NCBI GenBank assembly: GCA_004321885.1
Contig: SCQK01000013.1
Span: forward strand, 32,001-96,000
DNA length: 64,000 nucleotides
DNA from: Patescibacteria group bacterium
GTDB lineage: Bacteria; Patescibacteriota; Patescibacteriia; Magasanikbacterales; GWA2-37-8
Reading direction: 5' to 3'
Every line of letters begins with the position of its first letter. The first letter of the stretch is position 1. The translations under genes were made by a program, and so were the position numbers. Shown here piece by piece: positions 48,362-53,412 of this stretch. Under the pieces are notes generated by a model. The model saw nothing but the letters and a program-made list of their open reading frames with translations. It was not told the origin of the DNA and searched no databases.

Positions 48362-49836
48362 ATTTTTCTCACAACCCCACTTGTCGCGTCAACCTTCACC
48401 ATATCGCCGTCTTTGAGTACGGAAGTGATTTTTTTCACGCCCACCACGCAGGGAATTTTAAATTCGCGCGCCACAATGGCCGCATGGCAAGTGATGCCGC
48501 CGTCCTCCGTCACGATAGCCGAGGCGCGTTTCATAGCCGGCAACATCGCCGGATAAGTCGTGAGCGCCAACATAATATCTCCTTTTTCCACCTTATCCGC
48601 GTCTGTTAACGATAGAACAACTTTTACTTTGCCTGAAACAAAACCCGGATACGCGGTGGCGCCCTTAAATCCGTCTTCAACATTTAATTTTATTTCTTCA
48701 ATATCCAAGCCGGCTATAATCGCGTCGGCCTCTTTGCCGTAATAATACTTTGTTCCGCTTTCAGTCGCTTCAATCACGCAATGCTTAATTCTCTCATTTA
48801 TTAAATCAATGTCCAATTTGTCACGCAATAGAGCGTTTTCCATTTCGTCCGTCAAAAAATGATTCGCTTGTTTATGCGATATATTCAATCGCTTGGCAAT
48901 TTCTTTGGTGAGCATGTCCAAAACATAGTGCCCATGCCAAATACAATATTTTCTGAGATCCTTAAGCCAAATAATCTCGCGGGCGATGGCGAACAATCGC
49001 GCGAGCTGCGGGGGCAAGTTGATTTCGGAAATTACTTTATTTTGTTCCGCGATGAGTTTCTCGTAGCGTTCTTTTTCTTCTTTGAGCATTTGGTCCGGGT
49101 CAGTTACGCGAGGCAGGGCTTCCTTAACCTGCTCTTCATAATATTTCAAATCATAAGCCGGCCCGATATAGCCGTATGGCGTCCAGCGCCATTTTTGCCA
49201 ATGCTTTGTTATTAATTCTTTGTACTGGATTCCCGCTTTCGCGGGAATGACAACGGCCTTAAGCAACTCCAAAAAATCCAATTGCTCCAACTGGACAAAA
49301 TTCTGTTTAGCCGGAGTGGTAAGCAGAACAAAATATTCTATTGTTTTTACCGGATCATCTATGCCTAAACTTTTTAAATGTTCTCCTAATTTTTGCTTTA
49401 AATACTCCGAAAAAATCATGCCGTCGCTGTCCACAAACCAAGTGGTGGCGATTGATGGAAGATGACCTTGCTCGGTAAGCCATAAAAGCGTTTTGTAGTA
49501 ATCAAAAAGCTCGGCATTGTTTAGCGCGCCAAAATCTTTTCCCACCAAACTTTGAGCGTAATTAAAATAATCCCAATTTAATTTTTCGGTTCGCGCATGC
49601 AATTCCTCTGCCCACTGCGGCTCGGTAATAATTTTTTCCGCAATCCATTTCACCGTCGTTTCTATTACTTCAACCGGCACATACGCCGTATCCCTGTCGT
49701 TTCTATAATCTTGATACCAAACAGTAAATAATTGTTTGCCATTCTTTTTTGGAATATGCGCAAAAATCCCTTGGGGGTAATAGCCCAGCATGTTAAAATT
49801 CACGTCGCGGATATCAAAATTTATTCGCCATTTCAT
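48358..49836 (-). CDS. Unknown N-domain plus C-terminal PEP-utilizers swivel domain (paralog 4).
   Basis: C-terminus: AYPGFVSGKVKVV...EDGGITCHAAIVAREFKIPCVVG...GDMVKVDATSGVVRKI. Confidence 0.7.
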   Translation of the reverse strand: MKWRINFDIRDVNFNMLGYYPQGIFAHIPKKNGKQLFTVWYQDYRNDRDTAYVPVEVIETTVKWIAEKIITEPQWAEELHARTEKLNWDYFNYAQSLVGKDFGALNNAELFDYYKTLLWLTEQGHLPSIATTWFVDSDGMIFSEYLKQKLGEHLKSLGIDDPVKTIEYFVLLTTPAKQNFVQLEQLDFLELLKAVVIPAKAGIQYKELITKHWQKWRWTPYGYIGPAYDLKYYEEQVKEALPRVTDPDQMLKEEKERYEKLIAEQNKVISEINLPPQLARLFAIAREIIWLKDLRKYCIWHGHYVLDMLTKEIAKRLNISHKQANHFLTDEMENALLRDKLDIDLINERIKHCVIEATESGTKYYYGKEADAIIAGLDIEEIKLNVEDGFKGATAYPGFVSGKVKVVLSLTDADKVEKGDIMLALTTYPAMLPAMKRASAIVTEDGGITCHAAIVAREFKIPCVVGVKKITSVLKDGDMVKVDATSGVVRKI

Positions 49837-49838
49837 AT

Positions 49839-50882
49839 TTATCCGAAGTAGTTTTTCACCGCGAATTCAAATTGCTGGACAAATAATTCCTTAAAGTAGC
49901 GCAAACTATTTTGTTCGTAAAATAAAAGCAACGCCTTCTTGTATTCGGCGCTATCAACGCTTCTAAACGACAAAGGACACCAGTCATGCGCCAAGAGAAT
50001 CGCATTGCCCAAAATTCTGCCTGTTCTTTTATTTCCATCCACGAACGGCTGAATATATGAAATCATCGCCGCCGCGATTATGGCCTTGATTATCGGTTGC
50101 TCCTCTGTATTTACCGCGGAAATCATTTTTTCCATCGCTTCTTTTATTTGGAATTGGTTGTCTATCGGCTTATAATTTGTGCCGACAATACCCACTACAA
50201 TCTTCCTGTAATCATCCGTCACGCCCAAATCTTTTATCAACAAAGAATGCAGGGCGCGTATCAGCGCGGCGGTCGGTTTCTTGAATTTATTTTTATTTTT
50301 CAAAACAAAATCAAGCGCGTATTTATGATTCAATATCATCGTCGCCTCCGCTTTAGTGTGCCCTTTCGCCTCTTTCATTTCCTTTAACAATACTTCCGTA
50401 TCCAATAACGAATAAGTATTACCTTCAAGTTCAGATGATTTCCAGCTCAATTCAATCAAAAGTCGCTCTAATTCTTTTTGAGCGACATCGACCGCCATTT
50501 TGTCTGTTTTTTGTTGATACGCCTTGTTGCGCTTTTCTAAATCTTTTAATTCTTCCTTGTTAAACAAGCCGGATAAATGGTCAAAAATTTCCCAGTCAAA
50601 TCTGTATTTTATTTTTCTTTCATCCACCGGAACCGCAAAATAATCCGCGGCATTAACATAACGCAGAAGCGGAGTTTTAATTTTTGACGAATATGTGACA
50701 CTGCGAGCCTTGCCTCTCTTTTCTATCTGTCCGATCGAGAGTAAAATTTCCAATTCACGCAGGATTGTCGGTTTTGACAATCTGTCAAATTTACCCGCTA
50801 ATCCTTTAATAAGTTCGGCCGCTGTTACCTGTTCATTAGCCTGTACAAATTCCAAAATCGCTTTTTGACGTTTTGTAAGCAT
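49839..50882 (-). CDS. Fic/Doc-family protein with an N-terminal wHTH. The Fic motif has Gln in place of the catalytic His.
   Basis: IQPFVDGNKRTGRILGN matches HPFx(D/E)GN(G/K)R except for H to Q. First gene of the paralog operon. Confidence 0.7.
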   Translation of the reverse strand: MLTKRQKAILEFVQANEQVTAAELIKGLAGKFDRLSKPTILRELEILLSIGQIEKRGKARSVTYSSKIKTPLLRYVNAADYFAVPVDERKIKYRFDWEIFDHLSGLFNKEELKDLEKRNKAYQQKTDKMAVDVAQKELERLLIELSWKSSELEGNTYSLLDTEVLLKEMKEAKGHTKAEATMILNHKYALDFVLKNKNKFKKPTAALIRALHSLLIKDLGVTDDYRKIVVGIVGTNYKPIDNQFQIKEAMEKMISAVNTEEQPIIKAIIAAAMISYIQPFVDGNKRTGRILGNAILLAHDWCPLSFRSVDSAEYKKALLLFYEQNSLRYFKELFVQQFEFAVKNYFG

Positions 50883-51004
50883 ATATTATAGGCAGAGCAT
50901 ATAATTTTATCGGCCTCGCAAACCCGAATAGAATCGGGTTTGTCTCGGCCTTAATAAAATTATTGTCTCATTTTTATAGTTTAATTGTATCATAATGATA
51001 CAAT

Positions 51005-52186
51005 TCAAGCAATCACTCCCCCGCCCAAACATTCACCTTTAAGATAAAATACCGCGAACTGACCCGGGGTGACGGCGCGTTGGGGGTGAGTGAAAGTAAC
51101 TAAAGGGAGGGAAACAGTGCATCTCTGCAAAGGTTGACGGTGACGCAGGCGCACCTGGCATTTTAGCGGGAAATTGGGTGTGTTTCCACTTATCCAATTT
51201 ACGTCTTTGACCCTTGCTTCCATACTGTACAGCATATCGCTTTTCTCGTCGCCGACAATCAGTTCGTTCTTTTTTATATTCTTACCGACAACAAAGAGAG
51301 GCAACGCGCTGGATTCCCCCGTACTTAGTCGGGGGAATGACAAACTGATACGTTGGCCGATGGTGTAAAACGCCAGGCCATCGTGCTGGCCCACGACTTT
51401 ACCCCTCTCTCGCCACCGCCGCGAGGCGGGGCCCCGCCGTGGCGGTGGCTCTCCCCTTGTAAAGGGGAGAGAGAGCACTATGTTCCCGGGTTTGAATTTT
51501 ATCTTTTTCATCAAAAATTCTTTCATCGGCACTTCGCCGATGAAACAAATGCCCATGCTTTCTTCTTTTTCCGCCGTGGGCAAGCCGAATTTTTTTGCCA
51601 GGGCGCGCACCTGTGGTTTGGCATACTCACCGATGGGAAACAAAACGTGGCGCAGTTGTGCTTGAGATAATTGATTCAAAAAATATGTTTGGTCTTTATT
51701 GAGATCTTTTGACTGCAAGAGGTGCAGAACCCCACCCCCCTTTCGTTCCCCCTTTATTAAGGGAGGAAGAAACGCGTAGTGTCCAGTCGCTAATTTATCA
51801 AACCCTAACGCACGGGCTTTATCCAGCCAGGCGCCAAACTTGATGAATTTATTGCACAAAACATCCGGATTGGGCGTGCGGCCGGCCTTGTACTCGCTAT
51901 ACATGTAATCCAAAACATCGCGCTTGTATTTGCGCGTAAAATCCAGCTTCAAAAGTTTAATGCCCAGTTTGGCGGCCACGCGCAAGGCGTCGCGATAATC
52001 GCCGGTCCAACAGCGCGATCCCACCCCCCCTTCGCCCCCCCCTCTGGCATGAGGGGATATTTTCTCATCATAGTTCACCATGAACGCGCCGCTTACGTTA
52101 TATCCTTGCTTAACCAAAAGAGCGGCGGCAACGGACGAATCCACGCCGCCGGACATGGCGACTAAAATTTTTTGCTTTTTTTTCAT
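51005..52186 (-). CDS. mnmA: tRNA-specific 2-thiouridylase MnmA with several in-frame palindromic insertions.
   Basis: ILVAMSGGVDSSVAA PP-loop. Gly/Pro/Arg-rich insertions at 51310-51345 (family 1), about 51410-51478, about 51740-51770 and about 52020-52060. Confidence 0.85.
   Translation of the reverse strand: MKKKQKILVAMSGGVDSSVAAALLVKQGYNVSGAFMVNYDEKISPHARGGGEGGVGSRCWTGDYRDALRVAAKLGIKLLKLDFTRKYKRDVLDYMYSEYKAGRTPNPDVLCNKFIKFGAWLDKARALGFDKLATGHYAFLPPLIKGERKGGGVLHLLQSKDLNKDQTYFLNQLSQAQLRHVLFPIGEYAKPQVRALAKKFGLPTAEKEESMGICFIGEVPMKEFLMKKIKFKPGNIVLSLPFTRGEPPPRRGPASRRWRERGKVVGQHDGLAFYTIGQRISLSFPRLSTGESSALPLFVVGKNIKKNELIVGDEKSDMLYSMEARVKDVNWISGNTPNFPLKCQVRLRHRQPLQRCTVSLPLVTFTHPQRAVTPGQFAVFYLKGECLGGGVIA
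51310..51345. repeat. Family-1 palindromic repeat, copy D, in-frame inside mnmA (encodes LSFPRLSTGESS).
   Basis: The reverse complement equals copy C. Confidence 0.85.
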
Positions 52187-52253
52187 AACAATATAATACC
52201 ACACAAAACAAAAACTGCCAGCCTTGCGGCCGGCAGTTTCTTGTTTGCAGTAA

Positions 52254-52565
52254 TTACCTATCGCGCCTGGCCCGCAGACATTCTCTGCAGTAAACCGGCT
52301 TGTCGCCGGTGGGCTGGAAGGGCAACTCGGTGATCTTGCCTCCGCACTGGGCGCAGGTCAAGTCCACCTGGTACATCTGGCGCGGAGCGCCAAACGAGCG
52401 TCCGCCGCCGCTCGGGCGGGTCTGGCGGTACGCGCGATTGCATTCATTGCAATACACGGGTCTGTCGCCGGACGGCTGGAAGGGCAGCTGTGAAATATGG
52501 GTCCCGCATTTGCCGCAGGAAAGGTCCACATCGTACATCTGCCTAGTGCTGTTGTCAAAAGCCAT
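52254..52565 (-). CDS. Small protein with two tandem zinc-ribbon repeats (CGKCGTHISQLPFQPSGDRPVYCNEC and CAQCGGKITELPFQPTGDKPVYCREC).
   Basis: Internal duplication read directly; paralogous to the motif in 19719..20228. Confidence 0.5.
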   Translation of the reverse strand: MAFDNSTRQMYDVDLSCGKCGTHISQLPFQPSGDRPVYCNECNRAYRQTRPSGGGRSFGAPRQMYQVDLTCAQCGGKITELPFQPTGDKPVYCRECLRARRDR

Positions 52566-52674
52566 AACTTTGCTGTTTTTGTTCCCAAAATGTGTTTTGA
52601 GATTGTTTTAGTCGACCTATTTTGGGAACTTTGGCCGAAAACCGGCCTTTTTTAACGTTTCCAAAATTTGTTAA

Positions 52675-52703
52675 ATTATATCACAAAAGCCTGATTTTGT
52701 CAA
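52675..52703 (-). promoter_or_regulatory. Strong sigma70-like promoter on the minus strand (TTGACA-17-TATAAT) driving the zinc-ribbon gene.
   Basis: Reverse complement reads TTGACAaaatcaggcttttgtgaTATAAT. Confidence 0.5.
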
Positions 52704-52881
52704 TATCCCCCTAATTTTATCCACAACTATTCCACCAGGCGGCTATTGACAAAAAAACTTATTTGTGATACATATCTGGTATCTTACAATCAAGCCCGGA
52801 GAATGTTTGGCATAAGGAGAAGCGTCCCCTCCTTCGCTTCTTTCCTTTTGTCAAACATCTTCCGGGTTTTTTGTTTGCAGA

Positions 52882-52910
52882 TTGACATTTGGATAAAAAT
52901 TTTATACAAT
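52882..52910 (+). promoter_or_regulatory. Sigma70-like promoter (TTGACA-17-TACAAT) upstream of the tRNA-like fragment and GIY-YIG ORF.
   Basis: aTTGACAtttggataaaaattttaTACAATg. Confidence 0.5.
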
Positions 52911-52929
52911 GAAGCCAACAATTTAACTT

Positions 52930-52984
52930 GGGTCGGTAGTTCAACTGGTTAGAGCATCCCGACTGAGTCGGGAAAGTTGCGGGT
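52930..52984 (+). pseudogene. tRNA-like 5' fragment, from acceptor to the 5' side of the T-stem. Its body is identical to tRNA-Asp, but the anticodon arm is TCCCG-ACTGAGT-CGGGA.
   Basis: GGGTCGGTAGTTCAACTGGTTAGAGCA is shared with tRNA-Asp. No T-loop or 3' acceptor follows it. The anticodon arm resembles the family-1 palindrome core. Confidence 0.55.
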
Positions 52985-53245
52985 ATGGAGGTAATTTTAT
53001 ATTATATTTACAGTAAAAAACTGAATAAATACTACTTAGGAAAAACCAATGATTTGGAGCGACGTTTTATAGAGCATAATAACGGTGAAGAAATTTTTAC
53101 CAGAACTGGTATTCCATGGAAATTAGTTGGATTTATTAAAGCCAGCGCGAAGATAATTAGTAAATTAGAGTATAAACTAAAAAAAGCAAAAAATCCAAAA
53201 TACGTTTATTGGTATTTCAATCAACACGGAACTGTATTGGAATAA
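52985..53245 (+). CDS. Small GIY-YIG nuclease-domain protein (YhbQ/UPF0213-like).
   Basis: ILYYIYSKK...YYLGKTNDLERRFIEHNNG covers the GIY, YIG, Arg, Glu and Asn positions; 86 aa. Confidence 0.6.
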   Translation: MEVILYYIYSKKLNKYYLGKTNDLERRFIEHNNGEEIFTRTGIPWKLVGFIKASAKIISKLEYKLKKAKNPKYVYWYFNQHGTVLE

Positions 53246-53250
53246 TGAGC

Positions 53251-53324
53251 GGGTCGGTAGTTCAACTGGTTAGAGCACTGCCCTGTCACGGCAGAAGTTG
53301 CGGGTTCGAGTCCCGTCCGACCCG
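53251..53324 (+). tRNA. tRNA-Asp (anticodon GTC).
   Basis: Hand-folded cloverleaf. Acceptor GGGTCGG/CCGACCC, U8, D-arm, anticodon stem CTGCC/GGCAG with loop CTGTCAC, T-loop TTCGAGT, discriminator G. No encoded CCA. Confidence 0.85.
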
Positions 53325-53346
53325 CTTATTATTCCATCAAAGCAAG

Positions 53347-53405
53347 CTGGTTAGAGCATCCCGACTGAGTCGGGAAAGTTGCGGGTTCGAGTCCCGTCCG
53401 ACCCG
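53347..53405 (+). pseudogene. tRNA-like 3' fragment, from D-loop to the 3' acceptor. It complements the 5' fragment at 52930-52984 and has the same variant anticodon arm.
   Basis: CTGGTTAGAGCATCCCGACTGAGTCGGGAAAGTTGCGGGTTCGAGTCCCGTCCGACCCG. The 5' acceptor strand is missing. Confidence 0.55.
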
Positions 53406-53412
53406 CATAAAA

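Noticed and set aside
52746-52952. 68-aa plus-strand ORF upstream of the tRNA locus.
   Set aside because: No RBS, low-complexity composition, and it overlaps two promoter elements. Probably non-coding leader or spacer.
52930-53405. Interpreting the variant tRNA-like element as a functional tRNA-Ser(UGA) or suppressor tRNA.
   Set aside because: Neither fragment is a complete cloverleaf. The body is identical to tRNA-Asp with a short variable arm (not type II Ser), and position 33 is C. The ORFs translate well with the standard code, so recoding is not indicated.
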